Below are positions 1 to 13,147 of a stretch of DNA of 64,000 nt, one piece after another. Both the position numbers and the translations under genes were made by a program. The stretch's first letter is position 1, and the number at the start of each line of letters is the position of its first letter. The notes below the pieces were generated by a model, which was not told where the DNA came from, made no database searches, and was given only the letters and a program-made list of their open reading frames with translations. The stretch spans positions 58,386,411 to 58,450,410 of the forward strand of contig NC_057719.1 of the NCBI RefSeq assembly GCF_004010195.1, given 5' to 3'. Origin of the DNA: Chiloscyllium plagiosum (Eukaryota).

Positions 1-1470
1 TCCCTCTTAAGTATACTCCTACTTCCTTTATACTCTTCTAAGGATTCACTAGATCTATCCTGTCTATACCTGACATATGCTTCCTTCTTTTTCTTAACCA
101 AACCCTCAATTTCTTTAGTCATCCAGCATTCCCTATACCTACCAGCCTTCCCTTTCACCTTGACAGGAATATACTTTCTCTGGATTCTTGTTATCTCATT
201 TCTGAAGGCTTCCCATTTTCCAGCCGTCCCTTTACCTGTGAACATCTGCCTCCAATCAGCTTTCGAAAGTTCTTGCCTAATACCGTCAAAATTGGCCTTT
301 CTCCAATTTAGAACTTCAACTTTTAGATCTGGTCTATTCTTTTCCATCACGATTTTGAAACGAATAGAATTATGGTCGCTGGCCCCAAAGTGCTCCCCCA
401 CTGACACCTCAGTCACCTGCCTTGCCTTATTTCCCAAGAGTAGGTCAAGTTTTGCACCTTCTCTAGTAAATACATCCACACACTGAATCAGAAAATTGTC
501 GTGAACGCATTTAAGAAATTCCTCTCCATTTAAACCATTAACACTATGGCAGTCCCAGTCGATGTTTGTAAAGTTAAAATTCCCTACCATAACCACCCTA
601 TTATTCTTATAGATAGCTGACATCTCTTTACAAGTTTGTTTCTCAATTTCCCTCTGACTATTGGGGGGGTCTATAATACAATCCCAATAAGGCGATCATC
701 CCTTTCTTATTTCTCAGTTCCACCCAAATAACTTCCCTGGATGTATTTCTGGGAATATCCTCCCTTAGCACAGCTTTAATGCTATCCCTTATTAAAAACT
801 CCACTCCCCCTCGTCTTTTGCCTCCCTTTCTGTCCTTCCTGTCACATTTATATCCTGGAACATTCAGCTGCCAGTCCTGCCCATCCCTGAGCCATGCTTC
901 CGTAATTGCTATAATATCCTAGTCCCATGTTCCCTGAGTTCATCTGCCTTCCCTTTTAGGCCCCTTGCTTTGAAATAAATGCAGTTTAATTTATTAGTCC
1001 TAACTTGTCCCTGCCTGTCCTGACTGTTTGATTCACTTTTGTTCTCAACTGTACCAGTCTCAGATTGATCTCTTTCCTCACTAGCTCTCTGGGTCCCACC
1101 CCCCCACCTTACTAGTTTAAATCCTCCCGAGCAACCCTAGCAAATTTCCCTGCGAGTATATTAGTCCCCTTCCAATTTAGGTGCAATCCGTCCTTCTTGT
1201 ACAGGTCACTTCTACCCCAAAAGAGATTCCAATGATCCAAAAATGTGAATCCTTCTCCCATACACCAGCTCCTGAGCCATGCATTCATCTGCTCTATCCT
1301 CCTATTCCTGCCCTCACTAGCTCATAGCACTGGGAGTAATCCAGATATTACTCCTTGAGGACCTCCATTTTAACTTTCAGCCTAACTCTCTGTAATCTCC
1401 CTTCAGAATCTCAACCCTTTCCCTTCCTATATTGTTGGTTCCAATGTGGACAATGACCTCTTGCTGGCCC
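1..1470 (-). mobile_element. CR1 LINE fragment: ORF1 esterase C-terminus and ORF2 AP-endonuclease region, decayed
   Basis: Minus-strand translation near 780-960 gives DIIAITEAWLRDGQDWQLNVPGYKCDRKDRKGGKRRGGV (CR1 APE N-terminus). Near 1400-1470 it gives EVIVHIGTNNIG (SGNH esterase block of CR1 ORF1). Stops and frameshifts are present. Confidence 0.9.
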
Positions 1471-1475
1471 CTCTT

Positions 1476-2220
1476 GCACAACCCTCTGTGTGAAAAATTG
1501 CTCCTTAAGTTCATTTTAAAAACTTTCTACTCTCACCGGAAAGCTGTGGCCTCTAGTTTTTGACTCCCTGACCCTGGGAAAAATCCCTTTGCTATTTACT
1601 CTATCCATGCCCTTCATTATTTTATAAATCTCTATAAAGTCACCTCTCAGCCTCCGACACTCCAGGGGAAAAAGCCCCAACCTAAACAGCCTCTCCAGAT
1701 AGCTCAAATTCTCTAACCTGCAACATTCTTGTAAACCTTTTCTGAACCCCTTTCAAGTTTCATAACAGTTTTCCTATAGCAGGGAGACCAGAACCGAACA
1801 CAATATTCAAAAGTGGCCTAACCAACATCATGTACAGATGCAACGTAATATTCCAACTCTTATACTCAATGCACTGACCAATGAAGGGAGAGAGTGAGGT
1901 CTGCAGATGCTGGAGATCAGAGCTGAAAATGTGTTGCTGGAACAGCGCAGCAAGGCAGGCAGCATCCGGAAGAAGGGCTTATGCCCGAAACGTCGATTCT
2001 CCTGTTCCCTGGATGCTGCCTGACCTGCTGCGCTGTTCCAGCAACACATTTTCAGCACTGACCAATGAAGGCAATCTTGCCAAACGCCGCCTTCATTATC
2101 CTGTCTACCTGTGACTCCATTTTCAAGGAACTATGGATTTGCACCCCAAGGTCTCTTTGTTCGGTAACACTCCCCGGAACCTTATCATTAAGTATATAAG
2201 TCCTGCCCTGATTTTCCCTT
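1476..2220 (-). mobile_element. CR1 LINE ORF2 C-terminal fragment, interrupted by a PLE mini-element
   Basis: ORF 1516-1707 SYLERLFRLGLFPLECRRLRGDFIEIYKIMKG is the typical CR1 ORF2 C-terminus. Confidence 0.9.
1888..2054. mobile_element. Foldback mini-element made of PLE (family A) termini with a hammerhead motif
   Basis: Inverted arms gctgaaaatgtgttgctggaacagcgcagca / tgctgcgctgttccagcaacacattttcagc. 17-bp TSD gcactgaccaatgaagg at 1871-1887 and 2055-2071. Same terminus as the PLEs at 23.7 kb and 27.0 kb. Confidence 0.85.
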
Positions 2221-2849
2221 CAATTCCAATCTGCCTTGTTCAATGCATCTGAGCGCCTCCAAAATTCTGTTGCCCATAGTTATAACTTTACCAGATCCAT
2301 TTCACTTATCATTGTTGTATTTATTAACCTACTTCAGATTCTTTGAAAAAATCCAACATTTTCATCATAGTTTTCAAATGCCTCCATGACATTGTTTGCC
2401 TCAGTCTCTACAGCCTTTTAAAGTTGATATAACTGTGTCATTCAAATTCTTGCCTCGTGATGTACCCTGAATTTCAACACACAGGTAGCCTTGCCTTGTT
2501 TCTTAAACTCTGAAATTTTCTCCTTAGCTTGTTGATCTCATCCCTCCTGAAGTCACTTTTACAAAGTTAACATTGTTAAATAAGATTTTGGTTATCTGCT
2601 CTTCTGTTGCTCCACTGTCCAGTCTTGTTTTATCATTCTTCTTTGAACTTGTTCAAAAGTTACTCTATTAATGTGTTAGATAATTGCTGTTTTAATTATT
2701 TCTGAGTTGAAATGAAGGTTTGATGGCAGTTGGATTGAAGCAGGATTGGTATTGAGCAATTTCAAAGATTGAAGTATGGCAGTCATCTTGATTTAAGTGG
2801 AACAAGAATCAAATCTTCACACATCATGGATTTGAGAACAGTTTATTAA

Positions 2850-4385
2850 ATTGGTTCATGAAATGTGGACTGAACTGGCAATGCCAATATTTATTTCTCT
2901 TGCCTAACAGCCCAGGAGAGCAATGGTGATGAGTTGCTTTCTTGAACTGCTGTAATTCTTAGGTAAAGGGAATCCCAGCATTTTGACCCAGTGACAGCGA
3001 AGCACAACATAATTCTGAGGCAGGATAATGTGTGGCTTGGAGGGGTACTTGCAGGTGGTATTTCCATGATTCTGCTACCCTCCTAGTTTTAAGTAGTAGA
3101 AGCCATAAATTTAAGAGATGCTGTAAAGAAATCTTGGTGAGTTACTGCAAAGCATCTTGTAGGTAGTATATACTTCTCTGCTGTGTGATGACAGTGATGG
3201 GTGTGAATGCTGAACATGATGGATGGGACTAGTCATGTAGGATGCTTTGTTTTGGATGGTGCTGTGTGTCTTGAATGTTGTTAGAGCTGTACCAGTTGGG
3301 TGGACGATATTCCATCAAACTCTAAGTAGTATCTTATGGGCATATTTTGAAGAGAGAAGTTGTGTTACCTATCACAGAATATATGGCTGCTAACCTGCTC
3401 TTGTAACTACAATATGCTTGTCCAGTTTAATTTCTGTTCTGTGGTAAGATCCTGTTAGTTGGGGATTCAGCAATGATAGTGCCTTGCATGTTAAGGAGTA
3501 CTGGTTAGGTTCATTCTTGTTGGAGGTGTTCACTGTCACTTGATATGGCATGAATAGTTCTTGCCACTTAGCCTGGAATGTTTTCAAGTCTCCTGCTCCA
3601 TATGGATATGGACTGCTTCAATATCTGAGCAGTTGTGAATAGTGCTGAAAATTGTGCAATAAATTGGTAGACATGCCCACTTCTGACTTTTTATGATGGA
3701 AGGGCAATCATCGATGAAGCTGCTAAAGTTGGTTTGACCTAAAACACTGCCCTAAAGAACATCTGTGGTGATGTCGTTGGAATGAGACGATTGACCTCCA
3801 AGAACCACAGTCACCTTTTTTACTAAACACGATTCCAACCATCAGAGCGTTTCCTCTATTCCCATTGTCTCTAGTTTTGCTTGGGCGTCTTGGTGCTACA
3901 CATTGTCAAATATGGCCTTCACTCTCACTTCACCTGTCCATGTTTGTACCAAGGCTATAATGAGGTCAGGAGGTCAGCGACATCGGGCGGCACGGTGGTA
4001 CAGTGGTTAGCACTGCTGCCTCGCAGCGTCAGAGACCCGGGTTCAATTCCCGCCTCAGGCGACTGACTGTGTGGAGTTTGCACGTTCTCCCCGTGTCTGC
4101 GTGGGTTTCCTCCGGGTGCTCCGGTTTCCTCCCACAGTCCAAAGATGTGCAGGTCAGGTGAATTGGCAATGCTAAATTGCCCGTAGTGTTAGGTAAGGGG
4201 TAAATGTAGGGGTATGGGTGGGTTGCGCTTCGGCGGGTCGGTGTGGACTTGTTGGGCCGAAGGGCCTGTTTCCACACTGTAAGTAATCTAATCTAATCTA
4301 ATTGGTGGAACCCACACTGAGCATGAGTGAGCAGATTACTGTTAAGCAAGTGTTGCTTGAAAGCACCATTGATGACTCCATCATT
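2850..4385 (-). mobile_element. Old L2/CR1-group LINE 3' fragment, split by an HE1 SINE
   Basis: Reverse-complement similarity to the + strand copy at 5040-5950 and to 7555-7780 and 15020-15510. The sequence resumes after the SINE (ggtggaacccacactgagc). Confidence 0.65.
3985..4301 (+). mobile_element. HE1-type tRNA-derived V-SINE, full length and young
   Basis: tRNA head with A box (tggtacagtgg) and B box (gggttcaattccc). V-SINE core tgtggagtttgcacgttctccccgtgtctgcgtgggtttcctccgggtgctccggtttcctcccacagtccaaagatgtgc. CR1-like tail gggccgaagggcctgtttcc followed by (TAATC)n. Confidence 0.92.
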
Positions 4386-5039
4386 GCATGCACCGGTTTT
4401 TCAGTTAGTAAGAACGTATTCTTAAAATCAATTTTTAATTAAGTTGAATTTGTAATTTATAACTTAAATTCTATTCTTCTCTTAAAATTCACATGCACAC
4501 ACACAGACAGGACACAAATATTATGGGTGAGGAAGACAACAAATAAGTCAGAAGCACAGTTCTGGCACAGTAAGTCAGTCTGGCACAAATATGAATCACA
4601 GATGAATTCTTCTCTTTTGTCCCTCTTCGATCCCTTCTCATGCTCTTAGTGACGAGGCTTTGGACACACTGATTCTCATTCATTGGTTGAGCATCTAACC
4701 TTTCAGTGATTCTGAAGGTGATCTTTTTACCTGTTTTTCATTTTTCAAACAGACGATAAGCAGAAGAAGAAGCTTTCAAAGCAAGGTGATGGAGAGTAAC
4801 GAACTACAAAGCATGTCATTTACTTCACCACATAGGTAGGAGAGTGAGAAAGAGAGAGATGGATGATTTCTTTTCCCAGACTACATGTTTTTGCTATGCT
4901 GTCCACACAAGGCTGTAGTGGTTGTTAGTGTGCAAAGTCCTCCTGAACTAATGACAACTAGTGCTGATTAAAAAGCTAGTCGAAAGACTATCTCAGAGAA
5001 AATTTGGAGATTGAGCCTCTCAGTTTCATAAATCACTGT

Positions 5040-5950
5040 AGATATTCCTCAGATTGTTATTGGAGGCCCAAGCATCTACAGCTGCTTCATCAATGACCCT
5101 CATTCCATCTTAAGGTCACAGTGGAGTTATTTGCAGTTGATTCCAAAATATTCAGTCCTTGAGTATTGAAGTGGTCCATGTCCAAATGCAGCGAAGCCTG
5201 GACAGTATTCAGGTTTGGGCTTAAAAGTGGCAAGAAATATTGGTACCATGCAAGTGCCAGGTAATGACTATTTCCAACAGGAGAGAAAATATCCATTGCC
5301 TTATGACAGTCAAAGGCATTAATAATGCTGAATTCCCCCATTCTGGGGGTTACCATTTACCAAAAACTGAACTGGGTTAACAGTATAAATACTGTTGTGA
5401 CAAGCAGGTCAGGCGCTAGAAATCCTGCAGTCAGTAACTCTCCTCCAGGTTGTCCACCATCTACAAGGCACAAATCAGGAGTGTGATGGAATATTTTCAC
5501 TTGCCTGGGTGAGTGCAGTTCCACCAACACTCAAGAAAGATGACAGCATCCAGGACAAAGCAGCCCACATGCACAAACATTGACACCCTTCATTAGTGAC
5601 TCACAATAATTCAGTGTATCATTTCCAAGATACACTGTAGAAATTTACCAAGGGTCCTGAGAAAGCATCTTCCAAACCAGAAATGTTGGAAGGACATGGG
5701 CATCAGATACACAAGAATATTACCATGTTCCCCTCCAAAACACACATCATCCTGACTTGAAAATATATCACTGTTCCTTCATTGTTGCTAGGTCAAAATT
5801 ACACAACACCCTCCATAATTGTGCGTTTACCTACACTAACAGGACTGCAGTATTTTCAGATGACAGGCCACACCACCAACTCAAGGACAAGTAGGGACTT
5901 GCAATAAGTGCTGGCCCAGTCAGCAACACCTGCATCCCGCAAATGAAAAT
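5040..5950 (+). mobile_element. L2/CR1-group LINE 3' end (RT C-terminus and tail), decayed
   Basis: Degenerate RT-region coding (cagctgcttcatcaatgacc..., atctacaaggcacaaatcaggagtgtgatggaata) ending in gcaataagtgctggccc...catccc...aaatgaaaat. Confidence 0.7.
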
Positions 5951-6029
5951 ATAAGTCATTTAACCTCCAATTGTCCAAGCAGAGTTGGGCAATTCAAAAG
6001 TCAAATTTTCAAATTGATGACCTAAAAGT

Positions 6030-6390
6030 GTAGAATACAGGGGTAAACCCTTAAAGCTTGCCTTGCCACTCAGTATGATAATGGTTAATAATCCAACTCA
6101 GTACCTGTACATGCTTTCTCTCCATATTCTTTGATCCCTTTAGTCCTAAGAACTGCATCTTTTTTGAAAGTCTTCAATATTTCGGCCTCATCAGTTTCTT
6201 ATGGCAGAGAATTTCATAGGCTCACCACTCTCTGGGTGAAGAAATTTCTCCTTATCTCTGCCCTAAAAGGCTTACCCCTGTCCTTATTCTCAGAATATGA
6301 TCTCTCATTCTAGACTCCTTGTTCATTGAGAACATCCTTCTTGCATCTACTCTGTCTAACCCTGTTGAATTTTATAGGTTTTTTTATGAG
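6030..6390 (-). mobile_element. CR1 LINE 3' end fragment
   Basis: ggcagagaatttcataggctcaccactctctgggtgaagaaatttctcc is the antisense of the CR1 ORF2 end (NFFTQRVVSL). Confidence 0.75.
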
Positions 6391-7554
6391 ATGTCCATGC
6401 AGATGCATTATTGTTGTTCAAATCCTAATTATGTAAAATTGTTGTTCAGTCACTGGTACTTCACTCCATGGCATTGGTATCCATAAAAAGCTCATGGATT
6501 TATAGGCTCCAAGGAAATTCTCCTCAATTTAGGATTGATTCTCTGCTGCTCTTACCCTAGCAACGTCTCTGTTTCAGCACAAGGTATATAAGTGCACTTC
6601 AGACCATTTCTATTCATGATACCCTCTGTTGTGCAAATTGCAAAGCGCCTTTAAACCTGTCAAGACAGTGGAAACACAATGGTGTGTTCTGTAATGGCTT
6701 GGGTAGGGCATATGCATGATCCTGGATTTCCTCTGTCTCAGATATCATCAGTCATAGTTGCAGGGAACTTTCCTCTTGCAGAGGATCCAACCATCAATCT
6801 GGGTTGAGGCTTCAAAATACTCTGTGAGTGTCGGTGCACACAATGCATGTTCCATGAAGTATTTTAGGAATCTGGAAAAGACCTCAACTTCTCTGTGCTT
6901 TTTGTACTTGATGAATTGAAATAGTTGATGATAGAAAAATGCTTCTAGGGAGTTGACTTTGTTCAGAGAGTGTAAATGAATTGAATACTTTCTCATGTTA
7001 CTGAATATTCATGGCATACAAACGTACTACAAGTAGGAGCCTCCCACAAGGACAAGGCCAGTGTAATTTTTGGCACATTGCAAAGATGCCACTGACCTTA
7101 CTATTGCACCTGAATCTGCTGTTGGAAAATCTGCTGTACTTCCTTCCTGATTATGCCAACCCATATGTCATGTTTCTCACTCTTGTGGCCTCCATAAATT
7201 ACACTTCTCATTGTAGATTCTCCCATTAGCTTGTCAATCCTCTCAGAATCTTATTTTACATTTCTCAAATGCATGAGATATAATTAAGTCTGCTTTTGTA
7301 CTTGTGAAATGAAAATAGTAGCCAACCAGTGCTCTGTGGGCATTGTTTGGGGGGGTCAAAGTAGACAGCTGAAATTTATAAAATGTACCTCTTAATTACT
7401 TCTGCCCTCAGAGGCACAGAGAAGGAAGGTTTGGAAAGGTGTGCAAGATTAAGGATCACAAAGAATTGAAGACCATTCGAGGGACCTGTCAATAATAAAA
7501 TCCAAGGAACATAGAGGTCAAAGAGGTGGCAAGTTGAAGGGAATGGATAAGGTT

Positions 7555-7780
7555 TTTTTTATTTATTCATGGTAAGTTGGTGTTGCTGGCTAAGTCAGCA
7601 TTTTCTGCCCATTAATAGTTGCCCTGAAAAAGTTGGTGAGTTGTCTTGTAATCCTTGGAGCATAGGGAAAACCAGTGCTGTTAGGGCGGAAGTTCCACGT
7701 TTTTGACTCAGTGATGCTGAATGAACAGCAATATAGTTCCAATTCAGGGTGGTATGTGGCTTGAAAGGGATCTTGCATGG
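7555..7780 (-). mobile_element. L2/CR1-group LINE 3' tail fragment
   Basis: T-rich start followed by sequence matching the 3' tail seen at 2850-3060. Confidence 0.6.
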
Positions 7781-7988
7781 CTAAGTATGTATAAAAGCAC
7801 TTCCATGGAAGGATTATAGTGAAGAGGGCAGCTTGGTGAATTTGGAGAAGAAATAGCAATAGAAGCTGAGATTAAAATCAAAATTTACATAATAGTGGAC
7901 AGGTCGGTGAATAAAGTAATGAGGATATTCCAGTGACAAAATCCAAGTGGGGTGAGTGTCTTCTTGTGAATGACTGTCTTTATGAATA

Positions 7989-8136
7989 GGAGAGTCGACC
8001 TTTTGGGCAAAAGCCCTTCATCAGGAATAAGGGCTTTCATCTAAAACGTCGACTCTCCTGCTCCCTGACCTGCTGTGCTTTTCCAGCATCACACACTCAA
8101 CTCTAATCTCCAGCGTCTGCAGCCCTCACTTTTGCC
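7989..8136. mobile_element. Foldback PLE-terminus mini-element (family A)
   Basis: Inverted ggagagtcgacc...cccttcatcagg / aagggc...cgtcgactctcc. 15-bp TSD ctgtctttatgaata at 7974-7988 and 8137-8151. Confidence 0.8.
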
Positions 8137-9734
8137 CTGTCTTTATGAATATGTGAACCTTCTAAAATGGCAGTTGTGAAAGATGAAAGAAGATGAGGAG
8201 AAAGCATTGAAGAAGAAATGAGTGAAACCAAAGTGTGAATTGATTTCTAGGACACTTTGGATCTGCTGATTTTAAGGTTTCAGTAAGAGGCAAGGTGTAA
8301 CTAACCTGATCAAGTTTCAATAAACCTTGAGATGGTTTAATTCGAAACATCCCAGTCCCAATCACACTCGATAGAACAGTTGCTGGCAGACTTGAAGAAA
8401 ACTTTCCATATTGGTTTGCTAAACTAGTTTGGTGCTATTTCCCCAAACATTGCATGTTATCTCTTGGTTCATATTCAAAATAATTTCAGAACAAAGTAAA
8501 CCTCAGTCACAGTTTTACTGTATAACTGTGGTATTTGGACTCTCAAAAGGATCTTGCTTTAAAAGATTTTTCCATTCCTTTTATTTATGTTTTTTTAAGG
8601 AGATGGATGACAGATTTATTCCTTAAGTCACAAAATACAGTCTGGTGTGTGTTTAATCTAAAGGATACCTTTTAGAATATACAGTACTATACTTACAAGC
8701 CCTCAAGTGAGTAACAGTTTGGAGATAAAATCAGACCCCTAGAGCATATTTGTAGATTATTTTATTGCCATTGTTCATTTTTATTTTTCTGAGAATATAT
8801 TTTTTATCTTTCTTAAACATTTGATACATTAAAAACATTTCATAATACAGACAGCAATTATTATTGTAACTTAACTAAAATGGTTTATTTGAGGGACATT
8901 GCTGTTGATGGCTGAGGTTATTGATATCTGTTGGCGCATTAAAGCTAATTTACACAAATGATTCGTGTAGTCTGAAGTCTTAACATATCTTCAGAATTTG
9001 TTGAAGTTTGATGAGTTGCACCTGCACAATTTTATATAAAATGTTAATCAAATGCATAACCCTGTGTGATGTTTTATCCTTTGTAATCTTGTCCAAGAGT
9101 AGTTTTGGAGCCAGTTTCTTTATCAAGGAAAGGAATTGCCCAATTCACTATGAACTAAACTGCAAAAGCTTTAATTAACATTTCTTTCATTTCTCAACTG
9201 GTATTTATCTCACTATAAATTATTCAGACCTGAGTGCTTTTCGGAATATGTTGTTAAATAATTGTTAAAAATTAACTTTAGAAATAATTCAGTATCAAGA
9301 TTAGAGAAAGGTTATTCTAAGTAGCTGCAAACATTTCAAACCTCAGCTTATTCTGCTCATCTGCTTTCATATTTTTGTTGAAAAACAGATTTGAATGTTA
9401 GTTTACACATTTTCTCAGTCCTTAGGTATTTTCTTACAAAAAGCAATTAATTAGAATTAGAGGCTGCTTGTTGAATATACATTTGCCAAAATGTGAAATT
9501 CTGCCTATTAAATTGTACATCCCTACATTTGAGATTGAAAATGGGAAAAGAATAGGAAATGGTACCTTGTACAATTGTCTGCCTTTTTCTTGCTTTTCAT
9601 CTTTAGCTATAATTGTTAATGCAATAACTTAATAACTTAAACCAGTACAATACATTAATGAGTAAAATTAGGCTAAAACTGCATATACCATTTTTTAAGA
9701 AAATAAACTATTTTTCAAAACCGTCTGTTCAAGG

Positions 9735-9820
9735 AAGTTATTACACACCTCGAGAGCAGGTGGGACTTGAACCTGGATCTCCGGTCCAGGATAAGGACAC
9801 TGCCACTGCACCACAACAAT
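9735..9820 (-). mobile_element. tRNA-derived SINE head fragment
   Basis: Minus strand reads gtggtgcagtggcagtgtcc...ccaggttcaagtcccacc (A and B boxes). A related head lies at 47545-47610 (+). Confidence 0.55.
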
Positions 9821-11170
9821 CCCTTCTCATCTATCTCTCTTTGTTTTCCTCATCAACCTGTTTGGAGATGTTATTACTTACTTACATAAATTAAATACAA
9901 CTTTGAGAATCTGAATTGTTAATTGGTTAAGTTGTGGCACATCTTCATAATTTTGATCAAATGGCACAATGCAAAGTTAACTATCAGATACTTTGCATAA
10001 TCATGAATACTGGGAAAGAAAGGTTTACTTTCAAAATGAGAAAATTGAACATATGCTTGTTGCAATTTTTCAAAGCATGAATATTGAAACCAAAAAGTAA
10101 TTAATGATCTATTTGCAGTGCAACTGCTGCATTGAATTTTGAGCTGCAAATTATAGTTATGGCTTATTTTCAGTGTTTGGAAGTGGTAACTATGGATATT
10201 CAATGTATATCCATAGTTATTTTATATTTTCATAAATTATCAATGATATTTTCATAATGTAATTTTTATGAAATGTAATTAACTTTTTGCATATGTGTTT
10301 CTATTTTCCACTGTATTTGACCTCAGAGCAAGACATTTCCTCTTTGGAACAGACAATACGATGTAGTTAAGTGCAGTTAAAATCTTAAAATGGAACTTAG
10401 GTGTGCTGACGAATAAAATAAGTTAACTGTTTTTGTTTACTTGTTGAGCTGAAAATATTAATTTATCATTTCATGCTATGGTATGTGATGCAGGACTTGA
10501 GTATACATTGCTGCTACCTGTTGGATTTGTTTTTTTAAATGGCTAAGTATATATGGAAAGCTAAAGCTTGATGTTGAAGTGCCCCGAACATTGCTCCTGT
10601 TGAAATTACTTGGTAAATAATTCATACAAATTATATTAATGCAAACGTCATTGCAACTAAAATTTATAGCGCACCTTCAATGTAGTGAAAGATTCAGTGG
10701 TATTCACTGGAGTTTAATCAGAAAAAAAAATTATTTTGAACCAATGAACAAGACATTTGGCATGGGATGAGCTATAAACGCTCATTTGGTAAAGAAAAGG
10801 TGGAGGAGTGAAGAGGTTGGGCAGGGAATTCCAGAGTTTGGTCACTAGACTGTTTCAAGCATGACAACCAATAGTAGTGTGAATAAGGATGAACAAGATG
10901 GCAATATTTTGGTGTACAGCAACAATTTGTTTCAGTGGCTTATAAAAAAAGGCTATTAGCCTATAAAATGAAGACAAAAACAATTTTTTTCTTAATCATG
11001 TAGATGATGAGCAGGCTTTGAGGAGCTGGGAGTTGAGTTACTAACTGAAGAATTCTTAGCCTTTGCAAAAACTAAAACAAAATGATTTGGAGATGCCGGT
11101 GTTGGACAGGGGTGTACAAAGTTAAAAATCACACAACACCAGATTATAGTCCAACAGGTTTAATTGAAAG

Positions 11171-11205
11171 CACTAGCTTTCAGAGCACTGCTCCTTCATC
11201 AGGTG
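11171..11205 (-). ncRNA. Minimal type I hammerhead ribozyme motif (PLE family B)
   Basis: Minus strand cac-CTGATGA-a-ggagc-agt-gctct-GAAA-gc-TA-gtg. Core CUGAUGA and GAAA are intact, with stem II, palindromic AGCU stem III and a 3-bp stem I. Confidence 0.75.
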
Positions 11206-12987
11206 GTTGTGGAGTACACAATTGTAAGACACAGAATTTCTAGCAAACGTTGACAGTGTGATGTAACTAAAATTATACATTGAAAAATACCTTGATTGTT
11301 TGTTAAGTCTCTCATCTGTTGGAATGAACATGTTAGTTTCATTTCTTTAATATGTAAATCACAAAATTTTTTTTTAAAGTTACATTCTCAGGTTAATTTT
11401 AACAATTGGTGTCAGCCCAGAGTGTGTCTATTTGTATATAGGAGTGTCTGAGTGTGTGTGTGTTTATAGTGCAATGGTGATCACCTGTAGTGTGACATGA
11501 CCCCAAGGTCCCGATTGATGCCCCCCATGGGTACCGAACTTAGCTATTAGCCTGTGCTCGGCCATTTCTCGCTGCTGGCTGTCCTGAAGTCCGCCTTGGA
11601 GGATGGCCACCCGAAAGTCCGAGATTGAATGTCCTGCTTCGCTGAAGTGTTCTCCAACTGGGAGGGAACCGTCCTGTCTGTTGATTTGTGGTGCGGGGCC
11701 TATTCCTCCATTGCCATAGCCTCTGCTCGATTTCACCAATGTACCATGCCTGCAGTGTATAAGATGGACAATGTTGGCTGAGTCTCTTGCGTACCTACCA
11801 CGTACATGGTGGGAGGTGTCCCCATGTGTAATGGTGGTATCAATGTCCACACTCTGACATGTCTTGCAGCGCCTACTGTGACAGGGTTGTGTGGAGTTGT
11901 CCTGAAAGCCGGGCAGATTGCTATGAGCAATGATCTGTTTGAGGTTTGGCGGTTGTTTAAAGGCGAGCAGTAGAGGTGGGGAAGGTCATGGCAAGGTGCT
12001 CATCCTCATTGATAATATGTTGCAGGCTGCGAAGAACATGGCATAGTTTTTCAGCTCCTGGGAAATACTGGATAACAAAGGGTATCCTGTCGGTTGCAAC
12101 ACAAGTCTGTCTCCTGAGGAGGTCATTACGGTTCCTTGCTGTGGTATGTCGGAACTGGTGGTCGATGAGTTGAATATCGTACCCTGTTCTCATCCCTGAG
12201 CCCGTCACGTTCCTCCTCATCTGAACAGATGTGGTGTACACATAGGGCTTGTCCATAGGGGATGGCTGTTTTAATATGTTTTGGGTGGAAGCTGGAGAAG
12301 TGTAGCATTGTAAGGTTTTCTGTGGGTTTGCGGTATAGTGTGGTGCTGAGGTGCCCCTCCTTGATGGCGATACACGTGTCCAAGATTGAGACAGATAGTA
12401 GAGAGTTGTCCATGGTGAATTTGATGGTGGGATGAAACTTGTTGATATCACTGTGTAGTTTTATCAGTGACTCCTCGCCATGGGTCCAGAGGAAGAAAAT
12501 GTCGTCAATGTACCTTGGGTATAGTCTTGGTTGGAGCTCCTGCATAGAGAAGTCGTCTTGTTTGAATCTGTGCATGAATATGTTGGCGTATTGGGGTGCA
12601 AATGGATACCACCATTACGCGTGGGGACACCTCCCACCATGTTTGTAGCAGGTACGCATGCGACTCAGCCAACATTGGCTATCTCATACGCTGCAGGCAA
12701 GGATGACCTGAGGTATGGTACATTGGTGAGCAGAGGCTACGGCAATGGATGAATGGGAACCGCACAACAATCAACAGACCAGGTCATCTGACAGACAGGA
12801 GTGTTCCCTCCCAGTTGGAGAACACTTCAGCGGTCCAGGACATTCGATCTCGGACCTTCGGGTGGCCGTCCTCCAAGGCGGACTTTGGGACAGCCAGCAG
12901 CGAAAAGTGGCCAAGCAGAGGCTGATAGCTAAGTTCGGTATCCATAGGAGGGGCCTCAATCGGGACCTTGGTGACCTCCATTGCACT

Positions 12988-13147
12988 ACACACACACACA
13001 AAATCCTATACAGAGACAGACACACACTCTCACACTCACACATGCACCATTCACAGACTTAGACCCCTTTACACTCTCTCACACACACACATATACAGTC
13101 TCTCTCACAACCCCCACCTCAGGCACACACGCACACACCCATACACG
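12988..13147 (+). repeat. Degenerate (CA)n/(CT)n low-complexity tract inside the PLE
   Basis: Visible cacacacaca/ctctct runs. The opposite arm has a short (TG)n counterpart at ~11450-11463. Confidence 0.8.

Noticed and set aside
3985..4060. tRNA gene
   Set aside because: It is the tRNA-derived head of an HE1 SINE, continuing into the V-SINE core and LINE tail.
10494..10611. Possible exon (cag|gac...ttg|gtaaat)
   Set aside because: All three frames contain stops and the polypyrimidine tract is weak.
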